Shown piece by piece: positions 62,901-62,950 of a stretch of DNA of 62,950 nt. The DNA is taken from assembly GCA_038063875.1 (NCBI GenBank), contig JBBTUH010000001.1:1-62950 (forward strand), in the 5' to 3' direction. The first letter of the stretch is position 1, and each line of letters opens with the position of its first letter. The notes beneath the pieces are model-generated. The model had not been told where the DNA came from and did no database searches. It saw only the letters and a list, made by a program, of their open reading frames with translations. The position numbers were made by a program, and so were the translations under genes. This stretch comes from Patescibacteria group bacterium (GTDB lineage Bacteria > Patescibacteriota > Microgenomatia > UBA10105 > UBA927).

Positions 62901-62950
62901 AAGAATAATTTATAAATTATTGCTATATGTCTTGTCGTATTTTTAAATTC

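Overview
62.95-kb densely coded chromosomal segment read with the standard genetic code. No rRNA, CRISPR array, transposase or integrase is recognisable. Housekeeping blocks: tig; thrS-infC-rpmI-rplT; pheS-pheT; a class A PBP; tyrS; recG-rpmF-nusB-rnc-rpsP-KH-trmD; holB-gyrB-ppa-gyrA. Two tRNAs are present, Leu-TAG and Val-CAC. These blocks are interleaved with accessory cell-surface loci. (1) A giant sortase-substrate adhesin ORF of about 2200 codons, followed by a sortase. (2) A roughly 21-kb type IV pilus locus on the minus strand: pilB, pilT, pilC, major pilin, two GT-C-type membrane glycosyltransferases (one on the plus strand), prepilin peptidase, four pseudopilins, four to five uncharacterised proteins, then pilM/N/O. 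(3) Small AT-rich islets: a HicB/HicA-like pair, a DinD-like gene, and a degraded Fic-like/DUF2268-like islet. The minimal domain architectures (short trigger factor, ThrRS without N-terminal domains, short PheT and holB), consensus sigma70-type promoters and the sortase plus T4P surface repertoire suggest a Patescibacteria/CPR-like genome, but that is inference only. Most notable non-obvious signals: a complete T-box riboswitch with a UAC (Tyr) specifier ahead of a methyltransferase / MetE-like / tyrS operon; a 26-bp trp-operator-like palindrome present four times, two copies bracketing a TrpR/YerC-like gene; 38-bp perfect direct repeats flanking an 850-bp cargo; an AlaX-like editing-type domain fused to PheRS alpha; and a complete LPATG sorting signal inside the giant ORF, followed in frame by a second signal peptide.
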